DNA of 64,000 nucleotides from Trichosphaerium sp. ATCC 40318 (lineage: Eukaryota; Protista; Tubulinea): the NCBI GenBank assembly GCA_038496445.1, contig JALMLS010000323.1, positions 88,233-152,232 on the forward strand. The letters run 5' to 3'. Position numbers and translations under genes: made by a program. How positions within the stretch are numbered: the stretch's first letter is position 1; the number at the start of each line of letters is the position of its first letter. Shown in pieces: positions 37,143 to 52,899 of this stretch. The notes below the pieces were generated by a model. That model was not told where the DNA came from, searched no databases, and saw only the letters and a program-made list of their open reading frames with translations.

Positions 37143-37335
37143 AAAAACTTGTTTGTATCCTCTTTACTGACTACTAGCGTTATTCCATTTGTACGGAACT
37201 GTTTATATTTTCTGTTTGTATTTGATTACTTTGAAAGAAAACTGAAAAGTCACGTGGTTTTTTAATGATGTGCCACAAAACTAAACGTAACCAAAATTAG
37301 CATTTTTTTCTATCTACATTTTTATTGTTGGTAAT

Positions 37336-38159
37336 CTACAATCGCTTTCCTAACCACTCAAACCCTTCTTTATAACCAACTTGTTTGACTATACTACACA
37401 TGAAAACTCGCATAGATCTGGCTCCCTATAACAAGATCCTCAGCAACGAAGACAACTACATATTAAAGTAAAAAACCAACATACCTCCTCTGGTATTCGA
37501 TCTATGCCAAGAGCACACTTTAATTGATCTAATCCTACTGCATCCACCATATCTATCTTATTTCCGAGAATTAAAATGGGTACTTTATCTATAACCTCAG
37601 AGCTTAATAAACCCTAGAATCAACAACGTATTAGAATCCAACTTAGAAAACCATTTTAAAAAAACGCATACCATTAAAGCAGCCTTAGACTCTCCGAAAC
37701 GCTCATGATCAGCAGTATCTACAATAAATACAATACCTCCCACCGAGTGAAAATAGCGTTCCCATTGATCCCTCACTAGGCGAAAAAATAAGGACAAACA
37801 ACGTGACAAACTACGTTGAACAAACACAAAAAAAAATTTCTAGAATAAACTTTGGTCGTACTTGATTGTTGGCCACCAACATCATGTGCGCTTATAGTAA
37901 TACCACCAAATTGAAATTCAGCATGAGCTAAAATGATATGTCGGTACGTTGTATGTATTTAAATCGATGTAGACGTACTTGTAGAGGTTGTAGGTGGGAA
38001 TGATTTGAGAGCGCCTGTTTTCAGCTTATACAACAGAGTTGTCTTTCCTGCGTTGTCTAATCCAAGGAAGAGAATTGTTGCTTTCTTGGAGAACCATTCA
38101 GGTCCTAGCCATGCCAAACCACTTGATATCCAAGAGAAGAATCCTGAAACGTATTCCAT
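37336..38159 (-). CDS. Sar1-like small GTPase (divergent)
   Basis: ILFLGLDNAGKTTLL, DVGGQ, GIVFIVD, ILGNKID, VFMCSIVKQVGYKEGFEWL. Confidence 0.85.
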
Positions 38160-38336
38160 TGGGGTGTTGTTTGTTTGTTTTTTTATCTAAAGTTATGAAG
38201 CCACGTTGACAAAAAAAAAATCTGGAAAACTGTCAACGTGGTACAATAAAAAAAACCCGAAATTTCCTTAAATTTCAGTGAATTCCATGTTTAGCGTAAA
38301 CAAAAAACAACTTCATGCGAGTGGGAGGCTTAATGT

Positions 38337-40474
38337 TTAATAGTGGGCAGTATTTGAGGTAAAGAACAAAAATAGTAGCACGGAGATAACCAGGAATTTT
38401 TTTTGTGTATTTGAACAATCTTTTTTGATTTGGCTTCGCCTATGACTCGATTCAACTTTCTGGTTCTTTATTCTACCACAAATTCTAATAAAGTTTTGTA
38501 ACTCCTCCCTACAATTTTGCATAATTTTACGGTACATGATTGGTCCAGTTTGATCTACAAAGTACAAAACGAGGTGGTTAATTAAAAAGGAATGGTTCAA
38601 AAAAAAAAGGAGCTTACCTTGCACGTGTGCTCCTTGTTATTTTTGTCCATTGTTGTTCTAATCTTTTTCGGTAGTGCTTGGACTATTGATAAAGTATCAT
38701 CTTCTCCAGAAGTTACCTAAAAGTGGTAATAAACTAACAGAATATAGCCAGAGTTTTATTTCGTATGTACTTTAAATAGAGTTTCTTCATTCTTAGTAAG
38801 TTTAACTTTTAACGGAGATTGCAGTCCATAGCAACCTTTAAACCACAAACCCTTAGCCTGTGGGTAAGTAGTAGGATCCTTTGAACCCTTAAAGGCAACG
38901 TTAGTAAAGACACATCGCTCAAACTATCTTCAACGTATTTACGTACCTTGCCTTTAACAAAAAGTGCGTACTCAGCCGCCAGTTCCCAGTGAATATCTTT
39001 TGTAGGATCTAAACTAGCAGAATACAGCTTAATCAAAAATGTGCCAGCCCTAAAAAGAGTTAACAAACGTGTGTTTGTACAGAAACTACAACTCACTTTG
39101 GAGGACAAATATACATTTGATATACAGATTCGTTTTCTGTTATTTGTGTCACGTGCGAAAAAGTCGCTGTAGCAATTTTACCAAGGTTTTTACTTTCTTT
39201 TATTCCCTGCAGGTTCGCCTATCATGTTTTAAGCGGTAAAAAATCGCATCAGAGCACGTGCTACACTGTAGTAGTATATGCGTGTTTTCATGTTCATTCA
39301 CGTGCTTGAAGTTCCTTTTCTACACAAAACGTACCTTAATGCCTATACCCTTGGGACAAGCAAACTCCATGGTGAAAACATCGCCAGTGTCACACTCAAT
39401 GTTACGCTCTTAAAAAAGCCTAAGTAAATATAAAAGAAAAATCTGTACCATTGTGGCTCACAATACGTAGCCTCTCTGTAAAGAATCTGCTTTTTAGATG
39501 TGGTAGGTGTTGGAATGTATCTTTAGATATCGGTTGCTTTAACATTTGCCACTTTGGATCATAGTTGGGTCCCGGAAAATGTCTATAAATAAACAACTCT
39601 GAAAACAATAAGGAGGCTGACAAAATAAAGAAGATTTCCCGTACCTGGACGTGTACCGAACCAAAAAGGATCAAATCTAAATCCAAATACGTTATTTTTT
39701 ACACTACCAGCACCCCATGTTGTATCAACGAGTATCTACGATCAAAAAAATGAGAACATGTGACAAAGAAAAAGTGTCAACATACATATTTGTTGTCAAT
39801 CTTTAGTACATTCCATGCATGACCATCTGAACCACCGCTTATACGACCAGAATCTCCAGAAACATGGTAAACTTCTATTCCCATTTTCTTACACAAACCT
39901 TCAAATAAGGTTGTATACCTAATAAACGATTTGAATAATATCAAAGCAAAAACCAGAATAAAATAGGAACAATGTAAAGTTCCCTTTGCGTCTATCCGTG
40001 CCGTACCCGCTACATACAGAAGATTTATTCTTAAGTACGTTTTCTAGCTTTGTACCCTCTCGCTTGATTGTTTCTGAAACCAAATTAATCTGATGGTGAG
40101 AAATTACGGGATCTATTAACTTACTATCTTTTTCGCCCTTTAACGCAACATTGTACTCAATATTAACAGCTATCCACGTGAAAGCTGCTCGAGCTTTCTC
40201 TAAGTTATTTTTAGCTGGTTCTGATAGATACGTTGCCAATGACTCGATAGAAGTAGCTTTAGAAGCTATTTATGTATAATTAGTGATAAATCGCTATTTA
40301 GACGTTAAATAATACTTGGAGTTGCCTTAGCGTGCGCATCTATTGCGTCAAAAGCACCTAAAAGCAGTTTAGAAAAGAACTATAACAATAAAAGCTACCA
40401 GTAGCGTTAAGACGCTCTATTTCATTCAAAAAATCTTCGCAAGCACAGAAATCATCTGGTGGTGCAATAGACAT
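38337..40474 (-). CDS. Transglutaminase-like protein (KY/CYK3/hillarin type; 3' end approximate)
   Basis: AFTWIAVNIEY, VCSGY, GHAWNV, LVDTTWGAG catalytic C-H-D motifs. Confidence 0.85.
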
Positions 40475-40567
40475 GGTATTAAGCAATAATACGTGAAGAC
40501 AAGGCTTAAACCACGTGATATCTATGAAACCAACAGAAAGCGTTGTAAACCGTTTTTTATTGTTAGT

Positions 40568-42013
40568 TTATTTCGACACTCTGATTGTTGCTACACGCCC
40601 ACGTGCAACAGTCTTTCTCTCAAAAGGATAAATATGCCTCCTTATACATCCAACTTGCGTGAGTATCACACCAAGTATAATAGCGATAACAATTATTACA
40701 ACAACAGCGACAATACTTACAAGCATTACTGGTACTTTTGTCTCCACTCCACTTTTTTTAGAAGGACATCTTGATGAATCAAACAGTACCCTCACAGATG
40801 TTTTGTCTGGGCAGCGTTAATAACATCACCATATTATTGAAGCGTGCCTTGAACCACACATGCGTTTTCAGGCAAGTCTACAGTTTCAATTACAACGGGC
40901 TCACAATGGTCATCAAACATCATAAGTATGACAACACTTGTGTTTGTATCAGGGGATATGCTCATACGAATAGTGGCTCCGTCTTCGATTACAGGGCATC
41001 CTTGTATTGTTACACGTGATAAGGTATCCATTGTCATGATTGATGATCCTGTAAGAACCAAATCACCTTTTGTTACATTAGTCAAAAGCAGTATGTTTAA
41101 GCACCATATAAATACTTACCACCGACAAACACTGTGTTGCCTGTAACATTCAACTCTTGGTTATAGAATGTATTACCTTCGTAATCATTAAAACGATGAA
41201 GCCTTGTACATTAGTTACCTTGTGTAGTACAAAGAGCATGACGCTGTGCTGTACAGAATAGATCATTAAACTTGCCTTTCAATATGTAAGTTGTGGTACA
41301 ATACTAGTAAACTTCAAGGTACCAGAAAACATAGCCAAGCAGTTCTCCTCCTTGCCACCGTATATAACAGTGGGTTCCCGGACATAGAAAGTTTCAAATA
41401 AAAACGTATTGGTACCATTGAAATGAAGAAACAACGGGGTTGATGTGAGAGCCTTTCGTGACTGAAACCTGTTAGTAAACACGTGCATGAAAAAAGAAAA
41501 AACAAGGCAGAAAATTCAAACAATGATACTTGTGCTTACTCTCTTCCACTCGAAAGCACTCAATAGGTACTCACAATTTCTACAATAGTCCATGGACCTC
41601 ATCTTACATTCTTCGCACATTAGGTTATATATTGTAAATTTAGGTTCCTGTAGCAAGCTTCTCCTTCGGGCATTCAACCAAACATCTGCAGTAGGGAAAT
41701 ACTGAGCTATCATGTTGAATGTTTCGAGGCTTAAAACCTCAACCAATGACCCGTTTCCTCTAATATTGATAGTAAGCTCAACTACATTGTTGATCATATT
41801 AAAATGAGGTGGTTACTATCGAGGTACAAACGTTTGTAGTAAACCAAAACAATATAACAAAGGAACATACGTCTTATGGCATTCATTTTCTGCTTCGTCA
41901 AGTGATACAATATTGTCAGTGATGAAGTAAACGCCTTCGTGTATGTGACCAGCTAGAACACAGGCAAGGAGAAGTACTGTAAAAGCGAGAGTTGTTGTGC
42001 TAGCACGTGACAT
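40568..42013 (-). CDS. Type I membrane / cell-surface protein
   Basis: Signal peptide (MSRASTTTLAFTVLLLACVLA), Cys-containing ectodomain, C-terminal hydrophobic helix. Confidence 0.65.
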
Positions 42014-42816
42014 GACAGTAAATGAGCCAAAAAATAATAATTGATTCACACCCGACTTTCTCTCATGGTGTACCTTTTATTGCAGGGATATCCTCATAGA
42101 TAACTATACTACTCGGGTAAAATAACGTCATCAAGTAACGCGGCTCCATGTTTTTTAAACGTACATACGAGAAAAGGGAAAGTTAGGTGAACCAACGGAA
42201 AAAATCGGGGTTACTATTGTCCATTTCAATCAGTGCTGGTTATTTCGTCATTTGTTTTTTTTTCGAGCGAAAAATAGTTAAAACGGAATACCAATACCAA
42301 ACTTGGTGTTGGGACAGCCGTTATTTTAACTTTGGGTCTTGTAGAAGAACGAAGCGCTTGCCCAAAAAAGCCGAATGGCGACACATTGCGAAATTTATGT
42401 AACGCAAACATAACACGAAAAAACACGTGAGTTTTTATGTGAATCTACTACGACAACAACTGCAGTGTAACGATATAATACAATATGAACACATAGATGA
42501 TATCTACAAGTACAAAAAGTTTGCATAAAAAAAGTTCTGATCACGTTCTGCAGAACAAAGAAAAAAAAGAAAAATCAGAAAACAACAAAGAACTGTTTGA
42601 CAATGTGTTTAGTATTTATACAAATGTACAACTATTTCAAAAAAAAAAAACCAACAAAGTTATGCTGATCTTCGGGTTTTTTGGATTTTTTCACCGAAGA
42701 AAGAAAAAAGGGTACTGTCATTGCTTTGTGTTGAAAAGTTTTTGTCTTCCATTGCAGGTATCGTTTGATACCTCATATTAATCCCTATTTTCTCTATCTT
42801 TTTGCTAATTTTTTTT

Positions 42817-46852
<4,036 letters not shown>

Positions 46853-47339
46853 GTGTATTTCTGTGGAGATGGGCGAAGTCTACTACGTCCATCAAATGGG
46901 TTGTACGAATAATTGCAAGACAATAACTGGGCACATAAAAGACATATTGTTTCCGTAATGTTTAGAGCTAAACGTACGTACCGTCTGGTTTTTTTTTACT
47001 GAAGTATAAGGGGACCAAGAACTGCACAACACAAGAGAACTCCTTAGAAAAAAAATGAACTAGTCAAACTTGGCGGATTTAAAGAAATTCATGAAGTATT
47101 TTTTTTGCTGTACGGGATTTGGAATTTATTACATCGAAAAGGCGATAATAACGTTAAGTAAATATCACGTGATCAAATTAAAAAGGATTTTTAAATAATC
47201 CTTATTTCGGGTTTTGTACCTGTAACGATCGGAATGCGTTGAGGTTGTTCGGTGTTCAGTGTACGTACAGCGTCTGTTGGAAAGGAACCTGAGTTGGGTC
47301 GGGTTTGGTCTTCTGCCAAAAACCTGTTATTGTACAACA

Positions 47340-48727
47340 ATGACTTCCTCTCCTCCAAAGAAGCCTAAAACAGCGCCCTCATTCCCTAAAGTGCGTAAGG
47401 CGCTTATTCCCATCGCCGGTTTCGGTACACGTATGTTTCCAGCTAGTAAAGCAATCCCAAAGGCTTTTTTTCCTGTTCAGGACGTGGTACGAGTGTAAAA
47501 TTACTGCTGCGCGACATTTAGACTCAATTGCGCTTTAGGATGGCTTTTGCAAGCCTGTTATCATGATTATAATCAATGAAGCCTTGTCTGCGCTTGGAGA
47601 TGACGCAGAGATTTGTATTGTCTGTCAAAAGGGTCAAGAAGGTACACCATACCATAATTACGCATAAGAACCATTCAACTGACGCCTTAGATCGCAAGTC
47701 TCCATTTCTTTGTGAAAACTTTCCAAAACGCCTTGTTTATCGCGTTTAAACAATACCTTGCCCACTAACTCCTTGTCCCACAGTGAGCATTAAAGAATTT
47801 TTTGATGAATCAAACCCTGTCTACCACAAGAAGCCAGAGCTTAGACCGTACATAGAAAGGCTTAAATATATTGGTAAGCGATTAAAGTTCGCTTTTCAAG
47901 AGGAGCAAGAAGGTTTTGGACATGCTGTTTTATGTGGAAAAGATGTAATTGGAAAAGAACCATTTTTTGTCTTGCTTGGCGACCACGCTTATATATCATC
48001 ACATGAAGAAGGTAAAACATGTGCACAACAATTAGTTGAGGTACGTTCACACTTTATTGAAACTATCACGCTTAAGGAAGCCATGAAGAGGCGACGCTTG
48101 ATGAGTTTTTTTCAAAAAAACAAAAAAAACTTTTGACTTCTGTATCAGGTTTACAACGACACTGGTATCAGTGCTACATCATTAGAAGAATGTCCAGAGG
48201 ACGAGTTAAAGTTTAATGGCATTAATTTTGGAACAAAGCACTTGACAATAGATAATGCAATAGATATAACAGCTATTGTTGAAAAACCTACCGTGGAATA
48301 CGCACGTGAAAATCTGCAATACGAAGGCAAGAATTTTCTTTTGATTTCTCAGCTTCTCACCCTAATACCTGCTTTAGGTAAATACCTTTGTAATTTTGGT
48401 ATTGATCTACTTACACCACGTGTATTTGATATTTTGGAACATAACTACAAAAACAATATAAGAACAAAAGGTAACGCGAAAATCATTCAAAACGAAAAAC
48501 AACTCAGAAAAAATCTTCTGAAAATTCAACAGAATTATCACTCTTTACCATAATTTCCATAATTTAAAGTTCTTTTAGGCGAGATTCAATTACGAGATGC
48601 TATGGCTACCCTTAATAAGGAAGAAGGTATGTCTGGCGTTTTAGTAAAGGGTAAGAGGTATGACACTGGTATGCCCAACCCATACGCTGAGACAATTGCT
48701 GCATTCCATGCCGTAACAAAGAAGTAA
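47340..48727 (+). CDS. Bacterial-type (GalU-like) nucleotide-sugar pyrophosphorylase, with introns
   Basis: [61 protein letters not shown]. Confidence 0.88.
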
Positions 48728-49338
48728 CCAACAACTTTGTGTTATTATGTCAACTTTTTTTAAATTGGAGTAAGCCTGCTTGTACTGCAATAAAACCACG
48801 TGGAACCAACTACAAAGTTCCATTTTTTTTTCTGTTTAGCTACAAACTTTGGCACGTGACAACAAAAACCCCTCATTGGACAGGATGTTTCCACAACTGT
48901 CGATTTTTGTGTTGTCTTTAATGTTGGTAGAAAACCACGTCTTGATGAGCCCTATAACAGGATTAAGTGTAGCTATAAATGAAAGAAATTGGAATAGGCG
49001 ACGTCATGTTTTTTATTGAAAGAAATCTGCTTTAGTATTTCAAAAAAACTTAAATATGCTTTGGAAACCAGCAACGAGCAGTGACTTGTACGTCTCTACA
49101 ATTATGAACTTTTATGTTTTTTGTAGTTTTTTTAGTTTTATGTCTCAACCTTACAGTCTTCTTTTATCTAGATATCTAGTTGACGTTGTTTGATATTTGA
49201 GCGACAGCATATACGGTCGTTATTGGTACCTACACTAATTAAGTTAAATCACACAACTTCCGGTTAAATGAAATACCCCGGTGGGATTTTGATTTCAGTC
49301 AAACAACTTAAAATAGAAATCATTATAACTAAACACTC

Positions 49339-50443
49339 ATGTCCAAGCCTACTCTCTTCTTTACTAAAATATCAAACCACTCGCTTCTTCCATGTTGGGT
49401 ACGAATGATGGCCGACACATTTCTCTGCAATGCAATCCTAACTTACATGTTGTTTAGGTACTTAACGCAGCAGGTGTTGATTTTGATATTAAATATGTTG
49501 ATCTAACGAAAGGAGAGCACAAGGTACAACAAACAGAAAGCTTACTTAACTTTGCTTTTGGTTTCTGCACTCTGCGAATTCCTCTTGTTCTATTCACTAG
49601 AACTAGAGGCTTATTTGCGGCTACTAGTTGTTGGGATTGTTGTAATATTTTTAACCGTCTTTAGTCTCCCGAAGTATTAGCAGTAAATCCCTTGGGGCAA
49701 ATTCCAGCTTTTAAAGATGGAGATATCTCTGTGTATGAAAGCTCAAGTACGATATCATCTTGACAAAGCATCACCTTCTTTTTCTTTTTTTCACTTTTGA
49801 ATGTAGGTATTTGTCGCTATGTTGGTCTGAAGTACAAGAGTAGTGTCTACCCTCTTCACGACCTCAAGGTATCATACTTTTTGAACACGTTTATTGTTGA
49901 GTCTACTATTTGTGTTAACACTTGTTAGGCTTTTGCTGAGGTAGATGTTGCTTATGAGCATATTAGACATAATGTTTGGGACCATCATACTGATATTATG
50001 TTTAACGCCTGGGTGAATCCCATCATTGGAGAGACTCCTGATCAAAAAATAATAAAGGTAAGAATAAGTTCACTGACATAGTTGTGATGACATTCTTTAC
50101 ATAGGAGGCAGCTGAGAAATTTCGAAAGGGACTTGAGCATGTTGCAAAGACTTTCTTCAAAACTTCTCCTAACTATGTTGTTGGTGATAAATTCACCGCA
50201 GCTGATGCTGCTCTTGGCATTTCGGTATTTCTTATCAGCAAGCTCTATGATAAGTCTTCTGAAATCATTCCAGAGAAGGTTACTGAAACATAATGTAAAC
50301 TAGAATATTAACTGTCTTTTTTTTTATAGTACACGGATTACATGGCCAACCTCAAATCTTTGGATCATGCCAAAAAGACCTTCGTACATTTCGAAGAAGG
50401 CTACGCTGTCATCAATAAAATGATGGCTGCCAGGAAAAAGTAA
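49339..50443 (+). CDS. Glutathione S-transferase (theta/phi-like)
   Basis: VDLTKGEHK, NPLGQIPAF.DG...YES..ICRY, YVVGDKFTAAD. Confidence 0.9.
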
Positions 50444-50556
50444 AGTCAAGGGCAGGCAAAAGTTCAACGCTAACACTACGAGCAAACTAGTAGACTTTCA
50501 ATAAACAGCATCTTTATAATGCAAGTTTGTTTTATGACCAAAAGGGATAATGTCGT

Positions 50557-51330
50557 TTATTTGTATACATCACGTGACATGCAAACAGTTGGAATCTCGA
50601 ATTTATCTTCTGATGGTATCAAACTCCAACTCTGAACCTGAGTGAACAAGAAGTCAGCTACTAAGCTTTGGTGTTCAATGGTTTTTACAGTAGCTGTATA
50701 ATTGTATCCTATAACACTGTTTTGTACGCCAAGCAATACAGGATTATTCGTGTTTGGAATAGCCGCTATACTCTTCTCAAAGTCACCGAACTAACTCTTT
50801 GTAATGAAGATAGCAACAAAGTAGGCAACGTACCTTTCCTCCCCACACGTCCAATGTCACTCCTCTAAACTGCTGCTTACCCATATACTCTGTTTCATTA
50901 AGCCATCCCCACGTAGGTGGTATTGCGCCCGTTAAAGCCTTGGATGAGCACGTAGTAGTTGATTTATTACCAGCTGATATTGTGTACGCTGTACCCTTGT
51001 CCAGGTTTGTTAGCCGAACAATTTGCTGTGGTAACTTACAAGATCGTATCTGTACAATAAGTAAATATTGTTTGATGTATCATCTCCATCATACACAATC
51101 TTTGTTACTTCTTTACCAAGATGCTCATCTTTGGCGTAAAATCCAGTGCCATTAAATGTCGCTCCTTTTATCTCAAGTACAGTGTTGACATCCGCTTAAA
51201 CAACCGTGAGAACATGAGGACGTGAGAGTAACGTTAGTGTTCGCAAACCTTCAAAAGTCTCTGCTGGTGATGGTCTGTACTGGGCAATGCAAACGATAAT
51301 GAAAACACTAAATACAAGAACAGTGTTCAT
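50557..51330 (-). CDS. Small secreted protein, possibly ependymin-related
   Basis: Signal peptide, beta-rich exons, C-terminal F.IPTVC; family assignment tentative. Confidence 0.5.
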
Positions 51331-51847
51331 GGTGGTCTTTTATAAGATGAATTAAATAGTCACGTGGCGAGTTGAAAGTCCGGCAAAATAATTTTTGCGT
51401 GGTTACGTTTCAACACACAAAAATAACTACATGCCCAAACAATGGCTGTTGGGAGCTTTGAAATGGTAGTGACTTAACGTGATTCAAGTATTGGTGAGAC
51501 AGCCTTAATCGAATCACAAGTGTTAAGTAAGTCCTAGTGCCTGCCTTACATATTACAGGCAGTGACATTGGAAGCTTGCTACTAATGCTACATAATCAAG
51601 ACAGGTGCACCATGTAGAACGACAACACGTGAGTTATAACCTTTTCAGAAAAAGAAACAGGAGACTATAGCAATTATTTACCTTGGTTTTGTTGTAACGC
51701 TTCATCTGTTGTTGACTTTGAGGTTATTAGTTAACGACTACTGTAGATTAGGGCTATTAAAAATGACACTTGTAGGTAGCATTGGTACTAATAAATTGAC
51801 ATTGGAGAGACTGGTTTACCAAGCGTACTTGCTTCTCATCAAAAAAA

Positions 51848-51934
51848 TGCAGAGAGTGGGACTCGAACCCACACGTGATTTTCATCACATTGTGTCTTGA
51901 ACACAACCTCATTAACCAATTCGAGCACCTCTGC
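51848..51934 (-). tRNA. tRNA-Leu(CAA), copy 3
   Basis: Reverse complement matches 2486-2572. Confidence 0.93.
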
Positions 51935-51942
51935 AACGTATG

Positions 51943-52013
51943 TGGGACAACCAGGAATCGAACCTGAACTGCAGCACCTTCAATGCCATGTGCTTCCATT
52001 ACACCATTGTCCC
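51943..52013 (-). tRNA. tRNA with GAA anticodon (Phe), copy 3
   Basis: Reverse complement matches copy 2 except C16>T. Confidence 0.8.
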
Positions 52014-52134
52014 ATTTGTTTTATATCTACTATCAACGAGATTGCACGGGATCAAAAAGTCATTTCCTTGATCTAGATGTTATCTACACTGTGATAGCAC
52101 GTTATGTATATATTGTATAAAAGGTCAATGAAAC

Positions 52135-52650
52135 TCAACAAGACGTATTTTTATTGTATACAAACAAAAAGCATATTTTTGATTTTCCATTAGTTAGCTC
52201 CTCAATGTTCCATATTTGAGACGCCCACGCTGTGTTCAAGTATGCTTGTTGTAGCTTCTGGTCGTTGTTTGCGCTTGATGTGATGTACATGCCATTCCAA
52301 ACATTCCTGAACCGATACCTCTGTCCTGCAATTTTCTGAGCTACCCATTGTGCTGCTGTTCCTGCAGTGCTTGTAGAACCGGTCAATGGTGTGCATTGAA
52401 TATCATTAGCTACATTGATATACTTATTAGTCCATTCACTCTTTATCTTGTATCTATCACCACTAATCTTTTCAAAGAAGAACTTTGCCGTGGATGCGAG
52501 AGTCGCGTACCATTGGGAACGCTCAGTAGTTAAAAAGTTTTGAAGTTTTCTCGATGCATAGCGTGTATTTGGCGTTTCAGGGCCAACAACTATTATCTCG
52601 CAATACGATAAAGCTAGCACTAGTAAAACCAACCAATGTACTTTTGCCAT
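52135..52650 (-). CDS. Chimeric ORF: exon 1 (signal peptide) of the 29378 gene fused to the partial ricin domain of the 25038 gene
   Basis: First 48 aa identical to ORF 29378; aa ~56-151 match the C-terminus of ORF 25860; junction at 52503-52506. Expression unknown. Confidence 0.6.
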   Translation of the reverse strand: MAKVHWLVLLVLALSYCEIIVVGPETPNTRYASRKLQNFLTTERSQWYATLASTAKFFFEKISGDRYKIKSEWTNKYINVANDIQCTPLTGSTSTAGTAAQWVAQKIAGQRYRFRNVWNGMYITSSANNDQKLQQAYLNTAWASQIWNIEELTNGKSKICFLFVYNKNTSC

Positions 52651-52899
52651 GAATGACTAATCACGTGTAAAAGGATAAAAAAAGAAAAGAAATTTTACTT
52701 CAATTGACAAAAGTGTGACACCAATCCACAGACTTTGTTAAAAGTTTCGCAGTTTACTGTTGCAGCCTAACATGCATGAATAATGAATGAATAGTGCTAG
52801 TCATGAATACTACTTAAATTCGGAAGATCATTAAGGTTGAACCGTTTTACCAAACAAATAGAAGTTTTTTATTGGTTTCATTGTTATTTAGGATGCTTT

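Noticed and set aside
51757-51999. Repeated ORFs MEAHGIEG... (also 58490-58729) and ORFs 26407/26468/58627
   Set aside because: Spurious translations across the tRNA cassettes
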